Shown here piece after piece: positions 38,009 through 48,189 of a stretch of 64,000 nucleotides of DNA. The position numbers and the translations under genes are program-made. Source of the DNA: Selaginella moellendorffii. Lineage: Eukaryota > Plantae > Lycopodiophyta. The notes under the pieces are model-generated. The model was not told the origin of the DNA, did not search any database, and worked only from the letters and a program-made list of their open reading frames with translations. The stretch spans positions 84,002 through 148,001 of the forward strand of contig NW_003314288.1 in assembly GCF_000143415.4 (NCBI RefSeq), in the 5' to 3' direction. The stretch's first letter is position 1; each line of letters begins with the position of its first letter.

Positions 38009-38441
38009 AAAATTATAATTTGACTTAACCAAAGACTTGGAACTCTTGTATGTACACTCACTATAATGGTACCAAAAGCCAGACGCTTTACTCCAGATTT
38101 CTGTAACCAGATTCTCTGCTTCAATCTCAATAGTTGGCATTCTTTGTTTATTAGTATATATCTATATATATTTTTTGTCATTCTGTGCACAGCTGTTTAA
38201 CGTTTTTTGGCTGCCCATATATTAAAAATCCATACATTGCGAACGTTACACAGCAACAACTTTTTTCCCGAAAACACTCCATAATTATCATTGACAGTCT
38301 CAGGGCCTGTACATCTCAAAAACTTGAATAGATCTCACACAAGATTCTACAGGACTCCAAAACATTCTCGTTTCGAAGCCACACTCTTATTCTATGACTT
38401 GCTCTCCCCCAAAGATATCACTCACAAACTTTGGCGATTCT

Positions 38442-38675
38442 TCAGCGGCTGCAGCGGCTGCCATTCCAGCGCCACCCGCGCTGGCATCGATGGCAGCTGT
38501 TGTCATACCAGTACCAATTGCATTGCACGCAGCGGAATCCATTCCAGTACCATCCTCCACGGCAGCGTTGCGCTACCGCCTTGGTGATGCCCCCGACTTC
38601 CACTCCCACCGCCAGGAGCATCACAAACATCACAACAAGGCCCAGGCACACCAATCGAGTCTTGCTGCTTGCCAT
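38442..38675 (-). CDS. Secreted Trp/Cys-rich peptide (77 aa; MASSKTRL subtype)
   Basis: CRGGWYWNGFRCVQCNWYWYDNSCHRCQRGWRWNGSRCSR. Head-to-head with GT4. Confidence 0.88.
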   Translation of the reverse strand: MASSKTRLVCLGLVVMFVMLLAVGVEVGGITKAVAQRCRGGWYWNGFRCVQCNWYWYDNSCHRCQRGWRWNGSRCSR

Positions 38676-38989
38676 GATCAATCGATTGATTGGAAGTCTA
38701 GGTAGGGATTTGGAGAAGAAAGGAGACAAAGCGAAGGAACTTGAAAGGAGCTCTAGAGTGTGTGTGTGGAGGGATTGTGAGAGATGGGGTATTTATATAG
38801 CGTGGAGGTGTGTGGATAGATACAAAGACCGCGCGATTCGAGCCCAAAGTCTTCCATTTCCATTCCCGCCATTTAAAAAGATCTTATATCATGGTCGCCA
38901 CTTGGCGTAATCGCCAACGTTGAGTTTGGACGGTCAGGATTGCAGATCTTTTCTTTGTTCTTTAGGGCGAGGACGATCGATGATCGGGA

Positions 38990-40698
38990 ATGGGAGGAGC
39001 GATTCCGGGCAAGCGCAAGGCGGGATTGCGCTCGCTGCTCAAGCTCGGCGTTGCGGCATTTGGATTTCTCGCCGGGATAGGGCTCTTGGTGGGGAGCTAC
39101 AGTGTGAGGCATCCGGCTGCTGGGATTTCTGGCGTTGATCGCCGCGATGCTCCTCCGCATGGCCTGCATTTTATGCGGGGAAAGAATGTGGTGCTTGTCT
39201 CTCACGAGCTCACCCTCACAGGTATTTCTCTCTTAGCTTTCTCTTCCCGTCTTCATTGGATTTGTTTGTAGGGGGTCCTTTGTTGCTCATGGAGCTCGCT
39301 GTGCTTCTCAAAAACGCTGGCGCCACTGTCCAGTGGATGACTATCAACAAGAGAGATGGTGCTGGGAGTGAAGTTACTGACAATCTCGAGCAGAGATTAC
39401 AAAACAAAGGAATCCTGGTGAGTGAAGAGCTTAGTTTTTTGCTTCTACTCTTGTTCTTGAGTGAATTGATTCTTTGTCAGCTGGTTCCAGCAAAAGGAGA
39501 AGAGACTGTCCGCGCAGCGGTTGATTCGGACTTGGTTGTCCTCAACACTGCCGTTGCGGGGAAGTGGATAGATTCTACGCTCAAGGAGTCGGATCAGCAG
39601 CGAGTTCTTCCCAAAGTTTTGTGGTGGATTCACGAGATGCGTGGTCACTACTTCACGCTCAATTACGTCAAACATATGCCCGAGGTGGCCGCAGTGATGA
39701 TCGACTCTCATGCCACGGCCGAGTATTGGAAGAACCGGACACAACAACGTCTCGGGTAAGGAAAAAAAAATCTTCTTTCGATATGAAAGTGTGTGACAAA
39801 TCGTTTTAGTTCTCCAGGATAAAGATCCCAAAGGTCCACGTCGTGCATCTGGGAAATAGCAAAGATCTCACGGAAGCAGCGGAAAATCCTCTCGCTCGTC
39901 ATTTGCTCCGTCAGCATGTAAGAGAATCGCTCGGTATTTCGGACCGCGATGTTATGTTCTCCGCGATCAACAGTAAGCTCTAGCCAAAGATTTAAGAGCA
40001 CGAAAGTCTTAGTTTGTTTGTACTGCAGGTGTTTCCAGAGGCAAAGGCCAGGACCTCTTTCTCAAGGCATTCGCTCAGGCCTTGAAAACTCTGGGGTCTA
40101 GTACTGGGATTTACGCTGTTATAGTGGGAAGCGACTGGATCGGGCAGCCAAAGTTTGAAGCGGAGCTGCGAGAGCTTGTCGAGAAGAACGGCATGCAGCA
40201 CGTAGTTCGATTTGTGAACAAGACGATGAATGTGGTTCCATATCTTGCTGCGTCAGACGTTCTCGTCCAAAACTCTCAGGTTAGTCAGTGCAAGAAAGAC
40301 GTGTACTCAAACCTTTTGTTTCTTGACGATTGTCCAGGCACGAGGAGAGTGCTTTGGAAGAATTTCAATCGAAGCGATGGCATTCAAGCTTCCCATTCTG
40401 GTAGTCTATCGCATCGGCTGTGCGAATGAATCAATCGGCTGATCAACATTTGCCTTCACAGGGTACTGCTGCCGGTGGAACCACGGAGATCGTCGTGGAC
40501 GGATCCACTGGTTTCCTTCACCAAGTTGGCAAGGAAGGTGTTCCCGACTTAGCCTCCAACATCATCAACCTCTTTCGAGATCCAAAGTTGAGAGCTCGCA
40601 TGGGTGAAGCGGGCTACAAGCGCGTCCAGGAGCAATTTCTCGAGCAACACATGTCCGAGAGAATAGGAAGAGTTCTCAAGGAAGTGCTGCAGCAGTAG
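38990..40698 (+). CDS. GT-B fold glycosyltransferase, family GT4 (Glycos_transf_1), about 7 exons
   Basis: VVLVSHELTLT-GGPLLLMELA, VLWWIHEMRGHYF, RGECFGRISIEAMAFKLP, GTAAGGTTEIVVDGSTG. Confidence 0.92.
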
Positions 40699-42901
40699 TG
40701 ACCTCTTCCTTTCGATTCGTGCCGCAGATATTGGACAGCAGCACGTAAGTCGCAGCCTTCTCCGGACTTATGACTGATGCCTGGTTTGCAGCGTGCTTCC
40801 CGAGCTGGATATCACGAGAAACTTTGCATGAACCGAGGAGTGTCTGCCACGCCAAGCTGTCGGGGACGAAGGGCATGCTCTCGATCAGCTCTCGGGCGTC
40901 CTGCTGCTGCCCGGCTCTCGCAAAGAGATCGACCATGCAGTAGAAGTGATTCTCGTCAGGTTGGATCTGATAGTCGGCTCTCATCTGGTAGAAGTTCTGC
41001 AGGGCCTCCTCGACCAGCCCGAGGTGGCTACACGCGTGAATGACACACATGAAGACGATGCCATCCGGCCTCTCTCCCTCGAGCTGCATCGACTGGAAGA
41101 GCGAGATGGCCGAGCTCTGGTGCCCCGCCAGCGCGTACCCGGCAATGAGGATCGTCCAGGAGAAGAGGTTCTTGCTGGCCATCGCCTCGAAAGTTCTCAT
41201 CGCGTCGGCGAGGTGGCCGACGTGAGCGTGCGCCGCCACCATCGCGTTCCACGAGAAGATATCCTGGACCGGCATCGTCTGGAACAACGCTCTCGCCTCA
41301 GCCACCATCTTGCTCTGTGCGAAGCCCCCCAGCATCGTGTTCCACGAGATCAAGCTGCAGTGGCTCATCCTCTCCAGCACCGAGCTCGCGTCTTCCATCC
41401 TTCCACTCCGGACGTAGCCCGCCATGACCGTGTTCCAGGACACCACGCACCGCCCAGGCATTCTCGCGAAGAACACACCAGCTCGGTCCATATCCCCGGC
41501 CTCGGCGTGGACTTGGATCACCAGGTTCCAGGAGCACGAATCATACTGCGGGATCCTCGAGAAGACTGCTTCGGCGTTGCTGGCCAGACCATTTTGGCTG
41601 TAGGCGCCGAGGAGAGAGTTCCAAGCCATGGAGTCGCGCTCGGCCATGGTTTCGAAGAAGAGCTCCTCGCAGTCTCTGATATGCCCGCCTTGGGCATATC
41701 CCTGGACCATGGCCGTGGAGGCCACCACATTCTTGGCAGGCATGGCGACGTAGAGCTCCCGCGCCTCGTACATATGCCCGGCTTGGGCATACGACGCTAG
41801 AACGATCGTCCACGCCACTGGGCTTTGCTCGGGCATCTTCTCCAGCAGAGCTCTCGCGTCTTTCAGCCTCTTCGTCTCCGCCAGCGCCGAGAGCATCGTG
41901 ATGTAGTCGCCCATGTCGCGCTCCGGCTTGGAGTGGAACATGGCGATGGCGAGATCCAGTCGGCCGTGCTCCGCGTAGCCGTTCATGATCGCGACGCGAG
42001 AGATCGCGTCGTGCTGCGGCATCTTCCGGAAGAGGAGCTCGGCCTCGCGGATCCGGCCGGAGTGTGCGTAGCCTCCCAGCATCGCGGTCCAGGACACGAC
42101 GTTGAGCTGCGGGAAGCGGTCGAAGAGGAGCTTGGCTTGGTCGACTCGATCGTTCCTGGCCTGCGCTTGGAGCATCGCGGACCAGCACACCACGTCCTGC
42201 TGTGGCATTCGATCGAAGACGCTCTTGGCCTCGTCCGGCTGGCCCGTGTCGACGAAGCCTTGGAGGATCCCTGTCCACGGGACGATGTCTCTCTCGGGCA
42301 TCTCTAGGAAGGAGCTCCACGCCACCTCCAGGTCTCCGTTTTGGGCGAATGCCAACACCATCACCGTCCACGAGAGAACGTCTCTCTCGGGCATTCTCCC
42401 GAAGATCTCGGTCGCTTGGGCGAGGTCGTTGTTCCTTGCGCTGGATTGCATGAGCTTGGTCCATGCTAGCAGGCCTCTGGACGGCATGGAGTCGAAAAGG
42501 AGCTTGGCTTGATCCAAATCCCCGGACCTGGCAAATGCCGTGAGGAGGATGTCCCAGCAGAAGCTCGACGGTGGCGTTGGAATTCGATCAAACAGCTGCT
42601 TGGCGAGATCCAGGGACCCGTTGAGAATGTAAGCGTGGACCATGAAGTTGTAAGAGTAGTCGTTTTGCCTGGGAATCCCGTCGAAGACGAGCTTGGCTTC
42701 GTCCAGCTTGCCACACTCGCTGTAAACTCTGATGAGAAGATTGCTGAGGAAGGTGTCGTGCCTGTAGGGGCTCTCCAGCATTTGATTGTGGACGCGCTTG
42801 GCCATGGAAACATTTTTCGTGACGCAGTAGCTCCGAAGGAGTTTGGCGAAGTAGTCTTGGGTCTCTCGAGTGGACGTGCAGTAGCTTCTCTTGACTCTCA
42901 T
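40676..42901 (-). CDS. PLS-class pentatricopeptide repeat protein with E domain, no DYW (741 aa, intronless)
   Basis: Many ~31-aa S-type repeats (FDRMP..DVV.W..M); MPFVPDSLAWQTLLGSCK...ATYVLLSNI. Confidence 0.95.
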   Translation of the reverse strand: MRVKRSYCTSTRETQDYFAKLLRSYCVTKNVSMAKRVHNQMLESPYRHDTFLSNLLIRVYSECGKLDEAKLVFDGIPRQNDYSYNFMVHAYILNGSLDLAKQLFDRIPTPPSSFCWDILLTAFARSGDLDQAKLLFDSMPSRGLLAWTKLMQSSARNNDLAQATEIFGRMPERDVLSWTVMVLAFAQNGDLEVAWSSFLEMPERDIVPWTGILQGFVDTGQPDEAKSVFDRMPQQDVVCWSAMLQAQARNDRVDQAKLLFDRFPQLNVVSWTAMLGGYAHSGRIREAELLFRKMPQHDAISRVAIMNGYAEHGRLDLAIAMFHSKPERDMGDYITMLSALAETKRLKDARALLEKMPEQSPVAWTIVLASYAQAGHMYEARELYVAMPAKNVVASTAMVQGYAQGGHIRDCEELFFETMAERDSMAWNSLLGAYSQNGLASNAEAVFSRIPQYDSCSWNLVIQVHAEAGDMDRAGVFFARMPGRCVVSWNTVMAGYVRSGRMEDASSVLERMSHCSLISWNTMLGGFAQSKMVAEARALFQTMPVQDIFSWNAMVAAHAHVGHLADAMRTFEAMASKNLFSWTILIAGYALAGHQSSAISLFQSMQLEGERPDGIVFMCVIHACSHLGLVEEALQNFYQMRADYQIQPDENHFYCMVDLFARAGQQQDARELIESMPFVPDSLAWQTLLGSCKVSRDIQLGKHAANQASVISPEKAATYVLLSNICGTNRKEEVTTAAALP

Positions 42902-42983
42902 CTACGTGGTTCTGATAGTGTCGAAAACCAGCCCATCAAAACTTTTTCAACTTTTGGATCAACACATGTACCTGGCGACGAAT

Positions 42984-44360
42984 TTAATAGCCATCTTCTC
43001 TGTCGAGCTCTTCTTTGTCACTGCTGTTGGCTGGAAATGTGATGAGGAGGTCCTTGTTGTCACGATAGGCTTGGACAAGAGCAGCAGCTTTATAAGCAAA
43101 AAAGCCGAGCAGCATGGGAGCAATCTGATAACAAAGCCTTTTAGCTTTCACACAGGAAGTAATCGAGGATCATACCTCCAGTTTGAAGGGAAGATCTTGG
43201 CATAACTGAGAAGAGCCCAGCCATAGTCCATAAAATGCAACCACCAGTAGCAACCGTGGGGACGATAGAGCAAAACGAATGCCTTGCAAGTTCTTCTCCA
43301 CGGAGTCTCTGAGGTCATTGCTAGTGAATCCAATCCTGCATGACACAACCTACAGAGTTGTAACAAGAAAACTTTAGACGTCCTTGCTTACGTCTTTCTT
43401 CTCTTCCTTTGTGTGAAAATCTGTGGCACCGTCAGTTCTGACGTCTTGTCAACTTGATTCGCAAGCAATTGCAAGTAGACCCAGCTGAAGGACTAGATTG
43501 AGTCGAGGAACGTTAAAGATGAGATGAAATTTTTACCTTCCAAACACACCGATTTCATAGCTGACAGCAGTCTGAAAATCACAAAATATCTTAACAGTAC
43601 GAAAACGAAGGAGATTGACACACCTCGGTTGATAAAAAAGCGAGACAATAGACACCAGTCACGAGTCCAACGCCAAGTGTTACAAGCGAAAGCTCCCGTT
43701 TCAACTACAAAAACACACATTACAACAAGTAAAACCAAATGAGAGACACTCTTACTGCTTCGTAATCCAGCAGGCATTTACGACGAAAATCATCTCTTTC
43801 CTTCTCAGCTTCCTGAAAGAGAACTTTCAAAGCCTGGATAATTTGGTGACAATGATATACTCACGAGTAGCTTCTGGTTATAATTCGCAGGAGCAGTAGA
43901 ATCCAGGCCCAAACTCCAATTCTTGGCCTGACTTAACCTTAGAAATCCACCACTCTCGGAAGAATCATCGTCCGTCTTTGAAAGGAAAAAAATCAGAGGA
44001 CAGCACGTCATAGAGAGGAGCACTTGCCTTTTGTTTCTCTGCAAGACGAGTCCTGATTTGTTCCAGCTTGGCCTCATCCTCTTCCTGGAGCTCCTTCTTC
44101 CACAATATATCCGACGCTCTGGAAATAAAATCCACATTCCCTCTGCGGCTTCGCAAGAATGCCTCAAAGAATTCCTGCGCTGAGAGCCTATCTGCTGGAA
44201 TCCACGCCAGATCAATCTCGGCAGCGAGAGAAAAAATTCCCACAATGCAGGTACCTGGCGGCTGCTGCTGCGCAATCGCTGCCACGGGAATCGTCCCTCT
44301 TCTCCTTCGAGCTGGAAATCGCAGCCGAGAGCACGAGAAATTGGGGCACAACGACGCCAT
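42984..44360 (-). CDS. Probable chloroplast membrane protein, CGL160/UncI(AtpI)-related (multi-exon)
   Basis: Transit-like MASLCPNFSCSRLRFPARRRR; LKRELSLVTLGVG, SSPRLLLVVAFYGLW, LLPMLLGFFAYKAAALVQAYRDN. Confidence 0.65.
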
Positions 44361-44580
44361 GGTCTCCCAAGAGCCCTAGAATTTGCCCAGACGCTTTGCC
44401 GCCTAATAGTGCTTGTGCGTTTGTGGTGGATTTTCGCCGCCATCGGGGCCGTCCATCTCGTCGCCTCGCGGCCGGAATCGGAATCCATCGGTTGGCATAT
44501 TCCGGAATGGAATGGCGGTGTCGCGACGGATCTATGGCGGGTAATGGCGGGCATTTGCTGCTTTGAAGCCTCGCATTTGC

Positions 44581-46449
44581 ATGGCCCTGGCTATGGCTGT
44601 CAAGAGCAAGGCGCCCGACGCCGTGAAGCTCTTTGTAGGTCAGATTCCCAAGCATTTGACGCAGGAGGAGCTCCTTCCAATCTTTGAGGAGGCGGGAGCC
44701 GTGTTTGACATCAACATCATCAAGGACAAGTCCACCAAGCAATCGCGAGGTAAAATCTCTAGCCTAGGAGCTAGTGTCATGCTAGAAATTCTTGTTTAGC
44801 TTCGAGAGCTTTGTCTCGTTTGTTTCATCGCATTTGGGAATCTTTTCTCTATCTTTTGCTGTGTTTTGGCTGAGATCTTATCGATTTTTCTTCTTCTTCC
44901 AGGCTGCTGCTTCCTTACTTACAGCTCGAGATCTGAGGCTGACAATGCCATTGATTTGTTCCACAACAAGAAAACCATCTCTCCGGTAATGGATTTTTTT
45001 TCTTTCTTTCTTGTCCGGTTTTTAAGTCGATTTCCAGATTTTGGTCGAGTAGATGAACAGTCCGATGCAAGTAAAATATGCTGACGGCGAGCTGGAGCGT
45101 TTAGGTACTGTTTTTCCCGCTCGTGCTTTTCTTCCACACTTGACTTATAGTTCTGGTCTTCTCAGAGCACAAACTCTTCATTGGAATGCTACCAAAATCC
45201 GTCACGGAGGCCGAAGTCCGTGATGTGTTCTCGGAGTATGGAAACATCAAGGAGCTACAAGTCATCAAAGGTTCCCAGCAAACTGCTAAAGGCAAGTTTT
45301 ACTCGTGCTCTTGGGACTTTAGCTGATATCATCGTTGCTTCTCGATTCCCAGCTTGCGCGTTTTTGAAGTATGAGACGAGGGAGGAGGCCGCCGGTGCTG
45401 TGGAGGCCTTGAACGGAATTTACAGAATGGAGGTAGCTTGAGAAGTTGTCGTGATGGTATATTATATTCAGCGCTTTCAGGGTGCGTCTTCTGCCTTGGT
45501 GGTGAAATGGGCCGACACGGAGAAAGAAAGGCAAGCTCGAAAGATGCAAAAGTCTCAAACGCTATCTCCTGCAACGAACGGTGCTTTGGCCGCTCCTTTG
45601 CCACAGCAACCTGCGTCTGCGTCATTCGGACCTCTTCCATTGGCGACACCTCAGTTTAATGGATTTGCGTATCAGGTATGTGTCCATTCATATATTCTCT
45701 ACGTTTCACAATCCACCTACAGGCTTCAACATACGGGATTGTTCCTTACCCAGCCTCTAGCCTTCAGAACCAGCCACTAATCTCTGGAATGACAACAGGA
45801 ACCACTCAATCTCTACCAGGAACACTCTCCGACATAGGATCGGGGGTTTTGACTCCTGTTCAGCCTGCTGGATATGTAAACAGTGCTTTCTCCAACGTTG
45901 CTGGACGACAATATCCATTAGCATATCAAGGAGCTTTGCTGGGACAAGCATATGCGGGTGCCACTACTACAGCCGTTGTCGGCTATAACTCCACTCCAGT
46001 CGCTCCAAAAGCTAAAGCCAGCATTACTCCTCAAGCTGAAGGTACTTTTCTCGGCTTGTTGTTTGTTTTTGTTTTTCTAGAGTTCCAAATTGTTTTCTCT
46101 ATTTTTTTGTTTTCCAGGTCCACCGGGGGCAAATCTGTTTATCTACCACATTCCTGCCGAGTTTGGTGATTCAGAACTCTCCACAGCATTTGCGTCTTTT
46201 GGAAACGTAATCAGCGCCAAAGTATTTGTCGACAAAACGACCGGAATCAGCAAGTGTTTTGGTAATGAGCCTTGTTCTTCGCTGCGATGTTTACTAAATC
46301 CTCCCTGTGCGTCTTTTGTAGGATTCGTCAGCTATGACTCGCCAGAGGCTGCTCAATCAGCCATCAATGTCATGAACGGGTTTCAATTAAGTGGAAAGCG
46401 GCTGAAAGTTCAGCTCAAGCGAGACAACAAACCAAACAAGCCATATTGA
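44581..46449 (+). CDS. CELF/Bruno-like RNA-binding protein, 3 RRMs (BRN1/2-like)
   Basis: [62 protein letters not shown]. Confidence 0.92.
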
Positions 46450-46939
46450 GAAAAACGTTTGTGAAGGTAAGCGAAAGGTAAGCAAATAACAGACAGAAGC
46501 TGGCTGACGCGCAGTTCTTTGTTTTGCAGTGGTTTGTTGATTGACAGTCACACCAAGTTTGGCTGACAAGAACCCGACTATCAGCTAAGGTGGGCAGTGT
46601 TTTGTATCCTGTGAGCAAATTATCGTTGCAATCCCTTGACTTGTATCATACCAGCATTTAGTTTGCTTGGCAAACTGCATTGTCTTGTGCTATTGCTGTA
46701 ATCGCTTCAATTGGAGTTTTATCTATTTCGTGCGTGTCCTGTTTTTGTTGACTTTGTGTCCCAAGTTTTTCTTTTCTCTTTTCCTAGTTTTGTCATTGCA
46801 GCGACAGTGTTGTTCATGAAGATTTTGTAGTGACAATCGCCAAAGGCTCAACTTCGTAAGCATTGTCTTGGTTTTTCTAGTGTGATGCGGGCTCTCGGAT
46901 TTGTTTCAGGTGTGCGCTGGCCCAGTGCTGTTTTCCTGG

Positions 46940-47712
46940 TTTCTGGAATTTTTGCCGCTCTCACAGCTCCGCATTCTAACGAGTTTTTCCAATCCCTGCA
47001 GGAAAATCCTTGATGATAAGTTTTGGGTGGAGATGATGGTGTCCTCGTTTATGAGGTGATTTGAGAAAAACAAACAGGTACTCTTTCTAATGCTACTCCA
47101 TTAATCTCAGCTTTACTCTTTCTTCCAGTCTTTGGTCTTACACGACTGCTACCAAAATCTCCGCGTTGTCAAGAACAGATCTCAGCTCAACTCATCACGA
47201 GAAATGGTAAACAAAACTAGCGTTTTTTCTTTTCTGGAATTTTGCCGCTCTCACAGCTCCACATTCTAACGAGCTTTTGCAATCCCTTGGGTGGAGAGGA
47301 ACTTATCCTCCTTTGTGAGGTGATTCTCTAATGCTACTCCATTTTACTCTTTCTTTCCAGTCTTTGGTCTTACACGACTGCTACCAAAATCTCCGCGTTG
47401 TCAAGAACAGATCTTAGCTCAACTCATCACGAGAAATGGTAAACAAAACTAGTGTTTTTCTTTCTGTTCTGGAATTTTGCCGCTCTCACAGCTCCACATT
47501 CTAACGAGCTTTTGCAATCCCTGTAGGATAAGTTTTGGGTGGAGAGGAACTTATCCTCGTTTGTACGAGATTTGACAAGAACAAACAGGTTCTCTCTATG
47601 CTACTCCATTACTCTCAGCTTTACTCTTTCTTTCTAGTCTCTGATCTTACACGACTGCTCCGCGTTGTCAAGGACAGATCTTAGCTCAACTCATCACGAG
47701 AAATGGTAAGCT
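46940..47712. repeat. Three tandem ~240-290 bp copies downstream of the CELF gene
   Basis: TTCTGGAATTTTGCCGCTCTCACAGCTCC at ~46941, 47232 and 47468. Each copy ends CTCAACTCATCACGAGAAATGGTAA. Confidence 0.9.
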
Positions 47713-48189
47713 AGCGTTTTTTTTTGTTTCGTTCGCTCGTGAAACACTCTTATGGACGAAACAAAACAAGGAGACTCCATCCATCGAATTTAATGAGAGT
47801 TCCTCGTTGACAGAAGAACTGACAATCGATCACTGGGGAAACTCCCATTAGTTTGGAGCTTCTCTCCAATCTTAACGAATTTTAACGCTCCAAGACTACC
47901 GTTGTGTGGCGTTTTTGCTTGACCGGATTCGAACCGGCGACTCTTTAATGTCAAAAGAGGCCAACGGCTCCTTCTCGGCTGGCCTGGTCTACACGGAGGA
48001 AGCTCGTAAGATACGAGGGTTTCTTGGTTTTTCTAGAAGAGAGCTTTCTCTCGCCAATCTTCCTAGATCTCTGGAGGGGCTCATTCATCGCGCGCGCCAG
48101 CGACCGATTCAACGCTGCTGTCAAGGCGGCTTGCGGCTTAGGGTTTTCGATGAGATTTCGCCTCGCCAAGGGGTTTCTAGCAGGGATTG

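Noticed and set aside
37744-38190. Ile/Tyr/Met-rich ORFs
   Set aside because: Microsatellite translation.
38442-40698. Peptide + GT as a glycocin-like biosynthetic cluster
   Set aside because: The GT4 looks like a conserved plant housekeeping type, and its duplicates decayed while the peptides were kept. Hitch-hiking is the simpler explanation.
40777-43042. Long alternative-frame and antisense ORFs over the PPR gene
   Set aside because: Shadow ORFs of GC-rich coding sequence.
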